From positions 32,001 through 96,000 of the forward strand of contig CAVWUU010000002.1 in NCBI GenBank assembly GCA_963758295.1: a DNA stretch of 64,000 nt, in the 5' to 3' direction. How positions within the stretch are numbered: position 1 is the first letter of the stretch; each line of letters opens with the position of its first letter. This stretch comes from Candidatus Eremiobacteria bacterium (GTDB lineage Bacteria > Vulcanimicrobiota > Vulcanimicrobiia > Vulcanimicrobiales > Vulcanimicrobiaceae). Position numbers and translations under genes: made by a program. The notes below the pieces were generated by a model. The model had not been told where the DNA came from, made no database searches, and saw only the letters and a program-made list of their open reading frames with translations. Positions 45,346-55,083 of the stretch are shown one piece after another.

Positions 45346-47374
45346 TTAGGCTCGCACCGGCGCGAGCTTTGCCACGATGGCGCGATAGACGGCGATGACG
45401 ATTACGCCGATGATGATGCCGATCACGAGCCCGTTGAAGATGCGCCAGAGCGAAATCGCAATCGGCGTGTGCAGATGCGAAAACGTGTCGATTACGTCGC
45501 CGATGCCGACGCCGATCGCGAGCGCAAATAACCATCCTACGATGCGGCGGTGCACGATTGTGAGCGCCGGAAGCAGCATCAACGCCGGGAAGCCGATTGC
45601 AAATTCTTTGAGCGCGGCCGAACGCTGAGAACCGCCGTCAAGCTGTGCCGGATGAAAAGCTCGAACTGCGAGGGTGCGACGTCGCTTTGGTTGCCGCTGC
45701 GCATCAGAAGCAGTCCCCCTGCGCCGACGATGACGATGCCGACGAACAACTGGTAGGCAAGTACCGGCGACGCAAGCACGTCGCGCGGACGCTCGATGCC
45801 GGAGTTGAAGCGACCGCTGAACAGGTAGGCGAGGAGCGCTATAAGCGGCGGAAGCGCAAGCACCAGTTTGACGCCACGGAAGCGTTCGATTTCTTCCATC
45901 GTAAGAGGCGAGCTCATGAATCCAACGACGACCAGCGCGCCGAGCAACGCTATGCCGACGACAAGCAACGTCCAACCGATGCTGCGAACGAGTTGATCCC
46001 CGAATTTCGCGGCCGGTGCTTCAGCAAAGGCCGGCGCGAGCGCAAAAAAAGCGGCGGTTGCGAACAGCAGCGCGCCTAAGAGCGCCAGAACGGATCGAGC
46101 GAAAAGATCGTGATGGCTCACGAGGCCGCCGATATAAAGCAGAATCGTAAGCGCGTACGCTGCGACGGCCCACGACGGGCGATAGACACCGAAGAGCCCG
46201 AGCAGCAGGATGAAGACGGATGGAACGGCCAGCGCCGCCAGGCCGACGAGAATGCGATTATCACCGCGATAGAGCGGAATCGGCGTCGCTCGTCCGAGCC
46301 TGAAGCCGTGCGATTTTAAGTCGTCGGCAAGCTGTTTCACGAACTCGACGTTCGTCTTCTCGATCGAAAGCGTGCCATCTTGATGCGGCCACGTACGCAG
46401 ATACACTACCCGAACGTTGCGTTCGCGGACGCCGAGTTCGTAACGCGCGATCGCTTCATCGATCTTGATCTTGTCGTACTCGCCCTTCGCAATCGCTTGA
46501 ACGCGCACGGTTTGGCCGGGAATCGAGCGCGCGAGCGTATCATTCCCTTTTTGAACCTGGCTTTCGTCGTACGTTTCGATCTCGCCGAAGTTGAACGGCC
46601 GTGCCGATTTGGCATCATGCTCCTTGAAGAGCGCGGCCGCTTCGGGCAGGTGATCCGGATAACCGTACACTTCGTTGCGTAGCCCAAAAAACATGACGGT
46701 CGAGACCAAACGGTCCTGGCGCAAAACGTCGTCGATTGCGGCTTCCATTTGCGGTTTACCGAAGCGTTCGTCGTTTTGGAAACGCGGGATCACGAGCAGT
46801 CCCAGACGCTTGGCTATGGCGATTTGGTCGGCACCGATTCCAAGCGACGTGTTATTGAAGTAATCGATCTGCGTGCGCACTTCGATGATCCACGGCTCGT
46901 GGTCGCGCAAGACGCGGATCGTCTTCGGCTCAAAATGCAGCGGTAATTGCTGCCGGTAGCGCTCGTAGCTCGAGCGGTCGTTTACGATTAGGTAGACCGC
47001 GTCGGAAGCGATTTGCTTGCGCGAAACGAGTTGGGCGAGCGTCGGATCCGAAATCGGCGCGAGATCTTGGCCTGGTTGACGAGCGCGGCTCCGGTCGTTG
47101 CATACGCCTTACCGCTGTCCCCGACGTTCGCACCCAATTCTTCGGTTAGCGCGAGCGACGTGAGTCCCGCACGCCGTAAGGCAATGAGGAAGGCGGCCGT
47201 ATTATAGTTGTACGATCGGGCGGTCTGAACGAAATCGCCGAAATCCATGGCGATCTCCACGCGTCGGGCGTGCGACTCCGTCCGCACCCGGAAGACCGCC
47301 ACGGCCAGCGAGGCCAGCAAGGCAACAAGCAAGATCAACGCCGCATAGCGCGTTTTTCCATCAATTCGGATCAC
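45346..47374 (-). CDS. DUF5693 family membrane protein (frameshifts near 47062 and 45611)
   Basis: ERNVRVVYLR, FRGVKL, RSGN, RPR/KEFAIG.P, TFSHLHTP; adjacent to csaB. Confidence 0.8.
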
Positions 47375-47394
47375 GGGGGAGAGGGGTTCTCTAT

Positions 47395-47430
47395 AAAAAC
47401 AATCGAGCCCGCTAAAAGCGAGCTCGACTG
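47395..47430 (-). terminator. Intrinsic terminator
   Basis: CAGTCGAGCTCGC-TTTTA-GCGGGCTCGATTG-TTTTT. Confidence 0.85.
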
Positions 47431-47531
47431 CCGTCGCGTATGCGGTTTCCCGCATACCGGGTGTGGGCGACGCTTTTCAACCACTCAAGCGACGTTTGCC
47501 CACGGATATACGTCGCGAGTATCGGCCAGGG
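47395..47531 (-). ncRNA. Candidate structured ncRNA or 5' leader, family unassigned
   Basis: Extended -10 TGgTAGGCT (47544-47536), several stems including a GAAA tetraloop hairpin, ends in a terminator. Confidence 0.55.
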
Positions 47532-47610
47532 TTCTAGCCTACCAGATTCCGTCCTGCCGGAAAAGTAACCGGCTGTAGTCTTTACAGACTAGGGCGCGAC
47601 GCCGGCGGCT

Positions 47611-48384
47611 CTAGTCCCACTTGGGCTGCCGCTTTTCGATGAAGGCTGCGATGCCTTCTTGCGCGTCGCCGTCTTGCGCATTCCCTGTCATTACTTCTTT
47701 CGTAAAGGCGTAGGCGTCGCTCTGAGAGAGATCCAGCTGCTTGTAAAAAGCAGCCTTGCCGAGCCCGACCACCCTTCGGCTGGCTTCGGCGATTTGGTTC
47801 GCGAACTCCAAGGACGACCGGCGAAGATCTTCCGGCTCGACGACCCGATTTACCAGTCCCCACTCAAGCGCCGTTTTTGCATCGATGGCATTGCCGGTAA
47901 GTAACATCTCCATGGCGCGTTTGCGGCCGATGTCCCGGCTCAACGCCACCATCGGGGTGCTGCAAAAGAGCCCGATGCGAACTCCGGGCGTCGCAAACTT
48001 AGCCGCGCTGGAAGCGACGGCGAGATCGCAAGCAGCCACAAGCTGACAGCCGGCCGCCGTCGCAATGGCGCCGACTTCGGCGATGACCGGTTGCGGAATC
48101 GATTCGATCGTCGACATCAGCGTTACGCATCGATCGAAAATCTCGCGGTATACGTCTTCGCTTCTATCGCGCAACTCCCGCAAATCGTGTCCGGCAGAAA
48201 ACGCCGGACCTTCCGCTGCGACAATGACCGCGTGTACCGAGCTGTCCTTACCGATAGCGACAAACGCTTCGTCGAGTTCGCGCATCATGTCAAGCGACAG
48301 TGCGTTGCGCCGGTCGGGACGCCGCATCGTTACGATGGCAACGACGCCTTCACGTTCTACACTTACGTACTCAGTTGTTTGCAT
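47611..48384 (-). CDS. Enoyl-CoA hydratase/isomerase family protein
   Basis: RPDRRNALS, FSAGHDL, ATAAGCQLVAACD, GLFCSTP; ATG at 48384. Confidence 0.93.
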   Translation of the reverse strand: MQTTEYVSVEREGVVAIVTMRRPDRRNALSLDMMRELDEAFVAIGKDSSVHAVIVAAEGPAFSAGHDLRELRDRSEDVYREIFDRCVTLMSTIESIPQPVIAEVGAIATAAGCQLVAACDLAVASSAAKFATPGVRIGLFCSTPMVALSRDIGRKRAMEMLLTGNAIDAKTALEWGLVNRVVEPEDLRRSSLEFANQIAEASRRVVGLGKAAFYKQLDLSQSDAYAFTKEVMTGNAQDGDAQEGIAAFIEKRQPKWD

Positions 48385-48433
48385 TTCGCGCTCCGAAAAA
48401 TGCAACGGGTTCCGACTTACGCCGCAACCCGTC

Positions 48434-48711
48434 TTATACTTGGGCGATGACGGGCTCGAACCGCCGACATCATTCCCCAATGTGCTGCGCACACCGGGGA
48501 CCCCTATCGTTGAAAACAATTCGCGGCGCCCCGGCGTCCGCGAATTGCCGTCTTTATACTTGGGCGATGACGGGCTCGAACCGCCGACATCATTCCCCAA
48601 TGTGCTGCGCACACCGGGGACCCCTATCGTTGAACGCAATTCGCGGCGCCCCGGCGTCCGCGAATTGCCGTCTTTATACTTGGGCGATGACGGGCTCGAA
48701 CCGCCGACATC
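48434..48711 (-). repeat. tRNA-linked 120-bp tandem repeats, each ending in a copy of the tRNA-Val 3' end
   Basis: 38-nt TTATACTTGGGCGATGACGGGCTCGAACCGCCGACATC at 48434, 48554, 48674; period exactly 120. Confidence 0.95.
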
Positions 48712-48753
48712 CTCCTTGTAAGGGAGGCGCTCTCCCAGCTGAGCTAATCGCCC
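48681..48753 (-). tRNA. tRNA-Val (anticodon TAC), CCA not encoded
   Basis: GGGCGATTAGCTCAGCTGGGAGAGCGCCTCCCTTACAAGGAGGATGTCGGCGGTTCGAGCCCGTCATCGCCCA cloverleaf; TAGAAT at 48780-48775. Confidence 0.98.
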
Positions 48754-48884
48754 GTGCGTAGTAGTGTATGCCTTATTCTAGACCGATTTCCCTCGGCGTC
48801 GTCTCTACAGGCCTCTTAAGCCTTCGCGACTCGCTCCGCCTCCAGGCGAACTCCTGCTGCCGGCGACAGCTTCAACCGTTGCGA

Positions 48885-49208
48885 TCAGCCGCCGGAATCG
48901 ATCTTCAAGCCGGCCTTCTTCACCTCACCCGCACAGGCGTAGAAACCGCCGACGCGCGTTTGTTGTCCGTCTCTAGCAGAATAAGGGCCCGCACGGCTAG
49001 TGTAAAAAATGCCGCGATTCGCGCTGCTACCCCAAACAACCGTATCGCCGGCGCAATGCTTCTTCGCATCGGCTTCAGAGCGAAATTGTTGAAGGCTAAC
49101 GCCTGGCATTCCGCTGGTGGCAGAGCCATTGCCCATGGAGCCGGCCCAGCTCTGAGACTGGAGCAGCAGCAAGAACGCAATGATCCCAACCGGAAGTGTC
49201 TTATGCAT
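48885..49208 (-). CDS. Small secreted two-Cys protein
   Basis: AGGAGG RBS, signal peptide, FRSEADAKKHC..DTVVW...YAC. Confidence 0.75.
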   Translation of the reverse strand: MHKTLPVGIIAFLLLLQSQSWAGSMGNGSATSGMPGVSLQQFRSEADAKKHCAGDTVVWGSSANRGIFYTSRAGPYSARDGQQTRVGGFYACAGEVKKAGLKIDSGG

Positions 49209-49537
49209 TGGTCTTCCTCCTTTTACAGCGCTCATCTCGTCCGAAAAAGCAACAGGTTGGAGGCCATTTGCGACGTCCGACAGTTAGAGCCGCGTCGTCC
49301 CTCGGCTCAGGCAGCACAACGAACCCGCCGTTAATGAACAGTCCTCAATTTATGATACCAGCCCCGGCGCTTAGAATCCATGTCAGAGCCTCTCGAAATA
49401 CGGATGGAACAAGACGCCGATTTCTGACCCCTGCCGAGCCCTGCATTTCGATCTATTCTCGATTAACATACTTCTACGCAAGATCTAAACACGTCAGCTA
49501 TACAATGTTCTCGAAGATGCCCACAACAAGATAACCA

Positions 49538-50233
49538 TTGCCGAAAAGACGTTTCCGTCCCAGCCGCGTGCTGGTGGTTGAAGATGATGCAAAAACGTCG
49601 GAGACCGTAGCGCTTTATCTGCGTCACGCGGGATACGAGGTCGCACAAGCATTCGACGGCATGACGGCGCTGGAAGTGGCGGCGTCGTTTGAGCCCGACC
49701 TTGTCATCCTCGATTTAATGCTGCCCATCAAAAGCGGCCTGGAAGTATGTGCAGCCTTGCGTGCGCAAACCGACGTTCCGATCATCATGCTAAGCGCGCG
49801 TACCACGGAAGTGGACCGTCTGCGCGGGCTGGATGCCGGTGCCGACGACTATGTCTGTAAGCCGTTCAGTCCCCGGGAAGTTGCCGCCCGCGTACGGGCG
49901 ATTCTGCGCCGCGGACCCGTGGGCGATGAACGCGTCGTCTGCGGCGCCCTTACGCTCGACAGCGCCTCGCACGAAGCAACCGTCGGCGGAACACCGTTGG
50001 TGCTCACACTCAGCGAATTTCGCCTGCTGTTCTCGCTTTGTCGCGCGTCCGGGAAGGTGCGCACGCGTGACGATCTCATCAGCGAAGTGTATGGCGTCGA
50101 GTATACCGGCACGGAGCGCGCGATCGACGTCCACGTCCGCAACCTCCGGAAGAAGATCGCAGAAGCCGGAGGACCGCCGGACTGCATACGTACCATTTTC
50201 GGCGTGGGGTACAAAATGTCGGCCCATGCGTAG
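49538..50233 (+). CDS. OmpR-family response regulator
   Basis: VVEDD, LDLMLP, GADDYVCKPF, winged helix RAIDVHVRNLRKK..TIFGVGY. Confidence 0.95.
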   Translation: MPKRRFRPSRVLVVEDDAKTSETVALYLRHAGYEVAQAFDGMTALEVAASFEPDLVILDLMLPIKSGLEVCAALRAQTDVPIIMLSARTTEVDRLRGLDAGADDYVCKPFSPREVAARVRAILRRGPVGDERVVCGALTLDSASHEATVGGTPLVLTLSEFRLLFSLCRASGKVRTRDDLISEVYGVEYTGTERAIDVHVRNLRKKIAEAGGPPDCIRTIFGVGYKMSAHA

Positions 50234-51614
50234 TCTGCAGGCTCGACTATTGCTGGCCATCCTGCTCGTGACGTCGTGCGCGCTCATCGCAGTCGGCGTG
50301 TTTTCGATGCGAACGACGGCGATGCAGTTCCAGCTTTTGGAACAATCGCGCCTGGCCTCGCGCCCGATATCGCCTGCAGCGGCGAAAGCGCTGGGGTTGT
50401 GGTATTCCAAACATGGCTCTTGGCGCGGCGTCGATGTCGAGCTGCGCACGCTTTCGCCATCGGCGATGTTGTTCTCGCCCCAAGGTGTCTTTCTGGCGGC
50501 TGCGCTCCCGGGAGTCGAAGCCGTAACACTCGACGCTCGCGACCATTCGATCGCGCGTTTAACGTTTTCGCGCGGCGGCAAAGTGGCGCAAGTTTTGTTG
50601 AGCGATTGGCACGGCATTCCCGTCACGGATCGCCGCCGGCGCGTCGTCGCGCAAATCTTCGAGGTTCCGATTCCGGCCGTCCGCGCGGAGGAGCCGTTAC
50701 AGGTTTTAGCGCGGCAGTTGTGGCTTGCAATACTTTGCGCGATCATCGCGGCGCTACTGGTCGCCGCGATACTGGCGCGGAACATCCTCGCACCCGTGTA
50801 CCGGCTACGCGATGCGGCAACTGCCTTGCACGGCGGCGATCTCTCGCGGCGTGTGCACGCCGGCGGCCCCGCAGAGATAGAAGAACTAGCGCACCATTTT
50901 AACGCCATGGCCGAGCATCTCGAACGTTCGGAAGAGCTGCGTAAGCGGATGATTTCCGACCTCGCCCACGAGTTGCGTACGCCCCTTACGAATATCCGCG
51001 CTATGCTTGAGGCGATGGAAGACGGTCACATGGCGCCAACCAAAACGACGCTGCATTCACTTTCAGAAGAAGCGATGCTGCTCGCGCGCTTGGTCAACGA
51101 TCTGCAAGATATGTCGCTCGCTGATGCCGGCCAATTTTCGTTCCAGATTTCAAACGTTTCGATGCTCGATTGCGCAGAGTCGGCAGTGGCCTCGCTCGAG
51201 GCCGCCGCATTAGAAAAGAAGATCGAAATTACCGTGCAGTCGAACGGCGTAAACGGCATGGTTTTAGCGGATGAAACGCGGCTACGCCAGGTCATCGTAA
51301 ACATGCTCTCAAATGCGATTCGCCTCTCGCCCAAGCGCTCAAAGATAACGATCGCCGTTTCGCACGCCGGTTCTTTTGTCAAGGTCGCGGTGCACGACGA
51401 AGGTCCGGGCCTCTCACAGGAGGCGCTAACGAGCGCATTCGAGCGGTTTTATCGCGCCGACGAGTCGCGCGCGCGCGCGAGCGGGGGCGCCGGCTTGGGC
51501 CTCGCTATTGCGAAACAACTGGTTGAAGCGCTAGGCGGCACGATCGGCGCTGAGAATAACGCAGGCAAAGGCGCAACGTTTTGGTTTACGCTGCCGGCGG
51601 CACACGCGGTATGA
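50226..51614 (+). CDS. BaeS-like HAMP sensor histidine kinase
   Basis: 2 [33 protein letters not shown]. Confidence 0.93.
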   Translation: MRSLQARLLLAILLVTSCALIAVGVFSMRTTAMQFQLLEQSRLASRPISPAAAKALGLWYSKHGSWRGVDVELRTLSPSAMLFSPQGVFLAAALPGVEAVTLDARDHSIARLTFSRGGKVAQVLLSDWHGIPVTDRRRRVVAQIFEVPIPAVRAEEPLQVLARQLWLAILCAIIAALLVAAILARNILAPVYRLRDAATALHGGDLSRRVHAGGPAEIEELAHHFNAMAEHLERSEELRKRMISDLAHELRTPLTNIRAMLEAMEDGHMAPTKTTLHSLSEEAMLLARLVNDLQDMSLADAGQFSFQISNVSMLDCAESAVASLEAAALEKKIEITVQSNGVNGMVLADETRLRQVIVNMLSNAIRLSPKRSKITIAVSHAGSFVKVAVHDEGPGLSQEALTSAFERFYRADESRARASGGAGLGLAIAKQLVEALGGTIGAENNAGKGATFWFTLPAAHAV

Positions 51615-51825
51615 CGCCTCAGCGCGCAGTACGGCTCCTTGTTGGAGCCCCCTTCAACTTTGTTATCGTGAGCGCTGTATAGCGCGGCTGTACCTCGATT
51701 CGGCCAAAAGAAGCGCTGAGTTCCGCAGCACGGTTCTACTCTAGCGCAGGCTTGTTGTTAAGATCGATCGAGCATCCCGTCGATTCCTCGAAAGATCCTA
51801 ACACCGGCGTTTTATACTTCGAGTC

Positions 51826-53208
51826 GTGATAATGCAAACGTTGTTCCTCACTCTCATGTCAATGCAACTCCTCGCCGCATCGAGTGCACACGTCGTTACC
51901 GATCTGCAACAGACGCTTTCGACCCTCGCCGCTCAAGATAAATTTTCAGGAGCGACGCTGTTGGCAAAACGCAGCCATGTGCTCTTCCAGCGAGCTTACG
52001 GTTACGCGGACCATTCGTTCGGCGTCAAAAACACCGTCAACACGAAATTTAATATTGGTTCCATGGGCAAAATGTTCACGGGCGTCGCGATTCTTCAACT
52101 CGCGCAGGCCGGCAAGCTCTCCCTCGACGACCGCCTCATCAAGGACCTTCCGTCGTACCCGAACCACGCAGTGTCACGATCGATCACTATTCGTCAGCTG
52201 CTCACGCACACGTCAGGCCTCAGCGACTTTTTCGGCCCGCAGTTTATCGCAAACAACATGAGCCGGTTCGATTCGCTCGAATCTCTGCTGCCGTTCTTCG
52301 TAAACAAGCCGCTACTTTTCAAACCCGGATCGTCGTGGCGATACAGCAACGCCGGATTCATCGTCCTTGGTATGGTTGTCGCGCACGTTTCGGGACAGTC
52401 CTATTACGATTACGTTCAGCGTCACATATTCGACGTCGCGGGCATGCGCGATACGGGCAATTGGGCCGCCGACGAAGACATTCCAAACCGTGCGATCGGT
52501 TATACCAACATGACCGGCGCTCCAGGCGCGCCGCGCAAATCAAATGTGTTTTTTCTTCAACGCGGTGGCTCGGCCGGCGGCGGCTATTCAACCGTGGGCG
52601 ACCTTTGGCGTTTTGCTCGAGCGCTTCAAAACAACAAACTTCTGAGCCGCGCGTATACGAAACTGGAACTGGAAGGGCATGCTGACACGGGGCGGCCCGG
52701 CGTTCGATACGGCTTCGGCATGGAAGAGCGAGTCGTGAACGGCGTGCGCATCGTCGGCCATTCCGGCGGCGGCCCCGGTATTCAAGGCGTTCTCGAGATG
52801 TATCCGGATTCGGGATATGTCGTATCGATTCTCACGAACTATGATAACGCAATGTCGGAAGTCGATCCGCACATTCGTGCCGCGCTCACCGGCGAACGAA
52901 AACCCAAAGCCCTCGCCTTGTCGCCCGATCAGATCCGAGCCGTGCTCGGCACGTACGTGCCGGTACTGCCGCCGGGCACCGGCATGACGCCGCCTCCGAT
53001 CGTTATCACGGCCGAAAAAGACGGTCTCAAGGTCGATCCCGGAATGGGTCCTGCGTTTCACTTCGTGCCGGTATCTTCAACCGATTTCGTCGGCATCGAC
53101 GATGCGACGCTGCACATTACGTTTCTGAAAGACGCGAGGGGCGTCGTGACGGGCCTAAAAACTACGGGCTTTGGACCGGTGCCACCAATTTCCGCGAGGA
53201 AGCAATGA
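51826..53208 (+). CDS. Secreted serine hydrolase, beta-lactamase/AmpC-like family
   Basis: GSMGK (SxxK), LLTHTSG, YSN, GHSGG; extra C-terminal domain. Confidence 0.9.
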   Translation: MIMQTLFLTLMSMQLLAASSAHVVTDLQQTLSTLAAQDKFSGATLLAKRSHVLFQRAYGYADHSFGVKNTVNTKFNIGSMGKMFTGVAILQLAQAGKLSLDDRLIKDLPSYPNHAVSRSITIRQLLTHTSGLSDFFGPQFIANNMSRFDSLESLLPFFVNKPLLFKPGSSWRYSNAGFIVLGMVVAHVSGQSYYDYVQRHIFDVAGMRDTGNWAADEDIPNRAIGYTNMTGAPGAPRKSNVFFLQRGGSAGGGYSTVGDLWRFARALQNNKLLSRAYTKLELEGHADTGRPGVRYGFGMEERVVNGVRIVGHSGGGPGIQGVLEMYPDSGYVVSILTNYDNAMSEVDPHIRAALTGERKPKALALSPDQIRAVLGTYVPVLPPGTGMTPPPIVITAEKDGLKVDPGMGPAFHFVPVSSTDFVGIDDATLHITFLKDARGVVTGLKTTGFGPVPPISARKQ

Positions 53209-53402
53209 ATCCGGCGCTCCTATCGGCTATTGAGAACGGCACGCGGCCGGCGGAAACATTGGCGGACTACATACTCGCTATCTCTTCAGCGCCGAACAAA
53301 TCCGAATCGGCGATACGTCGCTCGAGTACGCACGTGCTATCGCTCGGGAACGAGTCCAAGGCGCTTCAATTCCTTTTTATAGTCTCAGGCGCAGTACGCT
53401 AA
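53205..53402 (+). CDS. Short hypothetical ORF or gene fragment
   Basis: ATGA overlap with the serine hydrolase stop; no recognised motif. Confidence 0.35.
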   Translation: MNPALLSAIENGTRPAETLADYILAISSAPNKSESAIRRSSTHVLSLGNESKALQFLFIVSGAVR

Positions 53403-53553
53403 GGCATCTACGGCAACGCGATACAAACAGGGTGCTGGTCCGTTCTCCCTATTCGCCAACCAACGTAGCGCCGGTCGCGCCATGCATACAAGCAGCTTCT
53501 TGCTTTATGGACAATTGAGGCCATATCGACGAAGCGTCGAACGTGCTGGAGAT

Positions 53554-54273
53554 ATGGAAACACGCCTCGATGAGATCGCGCCGCAGATTTACCGCATTTC
53601 CACGTATGTTCCACAGGCCGGTATGGTGTTCAACCAGTTCTTGATCGACGCGGAAGAACCGCTGATTTTTCACACCGGCATGCGGGCGTTATTTCCGGTG
53701 GTCGCCGAACAAGTCGCACAAGTCCTGACGCCAGCGAGATTGCGATGGATTATGTTCGGCCACTATGAAGCGGACGAATGCGGCGCGATGAACGAGTGGC
53801 TTTCACTAGCACCGGGCTCAACTGTAGCGCACGGCGCGATTGGCGTCATGGTCTCGGTCAACGATCAGGCGATTCGCCCGGCGCGTCCCATGAAGAGTTC
53901 GGAAACGATTGATTTGGGCGGCAAATGCATTCGCTACATCGCGACGCCCCACGTTCCCCACGGTTGGGACGCCGGGGTGATCTACGAAGAAACGACGCGC
54001 ACTCTATTTGCCGGTGACCTCTTTACGTGCACGGGCCCAACGGCAGCCGTGACCGAAAGCGGCCTCATTGAACCGGCGATGCAGGCAGAGGATCGCTTTG
54101 GTGCGACCGCTCTTACCGCTCTAACCGCGCCCACCATCCGCTCACTGGCCGACCTCGAAATTTCGTGCATGGCGCTCATGCATGCACCGGCGTTCACGGG
54201 CGACGCGAAGCACGAACTTCACGATTTGGCGAATGCCTACGAAAGCCGCTGCAATCCAAGTTTGATTGTGTAG
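53554..54273 (+). CDS. MBL-fold metallo-hydrolase (FprA/ODP-like)
   Basis: HYEADE, TPHVPHGW, LFAGDLF, MH; GGAG RBS. Confidence 0.88.
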   Translation: METRLDEIAPQIYRISTYVPQAGMVFNQFLIDAEEPLIFHTGMRALFPVVAEQVAQVLTPARLRWIMFGHYEADECGAMNEWLSLAPGSTVAHGAIGVMVSVNDQAIRPARPMKSSETIDLGGKCIRYIATPHVPHGWDAGVIYEETTRTLFAGDLFTCTGPTAAVTESGLIEPAMQAEDRFGATALTALTAPTIRSLADLEISCMALMHAPAFTGDAKHELHDLANAYESRCNPSLIV

Positions 54274-54522
54274 ACTCGCCGGCAAACGTCAATCGAACGG
54301 CGCACTCAGTGCGCGTTCCCTGACCGGTTTCTGCGGGTTCAAACCGACGGCCCGTTCGCGATTTTTTCAAACATGTCGCGTGGGCGCAATCACCGGGATA
54401 GGACGCCGAGAATGGGTACAGCGGCATTTTTTTGATCACGGCCGGGCACGGCCGGGCAGAGAGAAGCGCCGACTCATGAGGAAACGGCGCTATCTCGAAG
54501 CGGTCAATGTCGCGAATCCCAT

Positions 54523-54560
54523 TTGTAAGGGTGGCGCTCTCGCAGCTGAGCGAATGGCCC
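54523..54560 (-). pseudogene. Degenerate 5' half of tRNA-Val(TAC)
   Basis: GGGCCATTCGCTCAGCTGCGAGAGCGCCACCCTTACAA, 34/38 identical to tRNA nt 1-38; TAGAAT at 54585-54580. Confidence 0.85.
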
Positions 54561-54650
54561 GAGTTTGAAGACCCCTGGCATTCTAACGAAGCAGGCCCTC
54601 GTACGTTCCCCGTACTCTACTATACTCGGACGAATTCGCCATTCGGCCTC

Positions 54651-54675
54651 GTTTACTACCTGGGGAACCGGGTAC
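54651..54675 (+). promoter_or_regulatory. SigB-type promoter for the anti-sigma gene
   Basis: GTTT-N15-GGGTAC. Confidence 0.55.
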
Positions 54676-54687
54676 GGAACAACGCGT

Positions 54688-55083
54688 GTGAGTCCGAATT
54701 ATCGTGCCGCTTTCAGCGGCGATCGTAAGAACGTTCCGTTAGCGCGAAATGCAATCGCCAGTTTCGCGCGAATTTGCGGCTTCTCGCAAGAAGAAGTCGC
54801 CGATATCAGGCTGGCGGCCGGCGAGGCGCTCAGCAATGCTGTCGAACACGGAATAAGCGAGCGGTCGAACGGCTTTTCCGTCCGTTGCATCTTTGAAGAC
54901 GACGAACTAACGATTGAGATTCGGGACAACGGACAAGGCTTCACACTCGAAAAGCGCGATCAGACGCCGATCGAAGAGCGAAATCGCGGGTTCGGCATCT
55001 TCTTGATGCGCCGCCTTATGGACGGCGTTCAGTTCGATCGCAACGGAACGATGGTGCGGCTGACGCGCCGTCACGTAAGCTAA
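54688..55083 (+). CDS. RsbW-like anti-sigma factor/Ser kinase
   Basis: DIRLAAGEALSNAVEHG, IRDNGQGF, RGFGIFLMRRLMD. Confidence 0.9.
   Translation: MSPNYRAAFSGDRKNVPLARNAIASFARICGFSQEEVADIRLAAGEALSNAVEHGISERSNGFSVRCIFEDDELTIEIRDNGQGFTLEKRDQTPIEERNRGFGIFLMRRLMDGVQFDRNGTMVRLTRRHVS

Larger units (their letters stand above)
48754..54522. mobile_element. Putative relic genomic island between tRNA-Val and a displaced copy of its 5' half
   Basis: Direct repeat 48716-48753 versus 54523-54560 (34/38), breaking at the anticodon loop; accessory-type cargo; no integrase seen. Confidence 0.6.

Noticed and set aside
47395..47531. T-box leader for ileS
   Set aside because: No GGTGGNACCGCG T-box motif or stem I, and it lies ~3 kb upstream of ileS.
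48385..48761. N-terminal extension of the enoyl-CoA hydratase and + strand repeat ORFs
   Set aside because: They arise from the 120-bp (multiple of 3) tRNA-linked repeats; the real start is ATG 48384.
51826..54273. Bona fide antibiotic-resistance beta-lactamases
   Set aside because: The motifs only place them in broad serine-hydrolase and FprA-like MBL-fold families; substrate cannot be inferred.
54500..54520. GCGGTCAATG near the tRNA half, resembling the flgG cassette arm
   Set aside because: Short match, lacks the GCAT-N5-ATGC palindrome and has different geometry.
54480..54560. Second functional tRNA-Val
   Set aside because: The anticodon stem 3' strand, T-arm and acceptor 3' strand are missing, and conserved D-arm bases are mutated.
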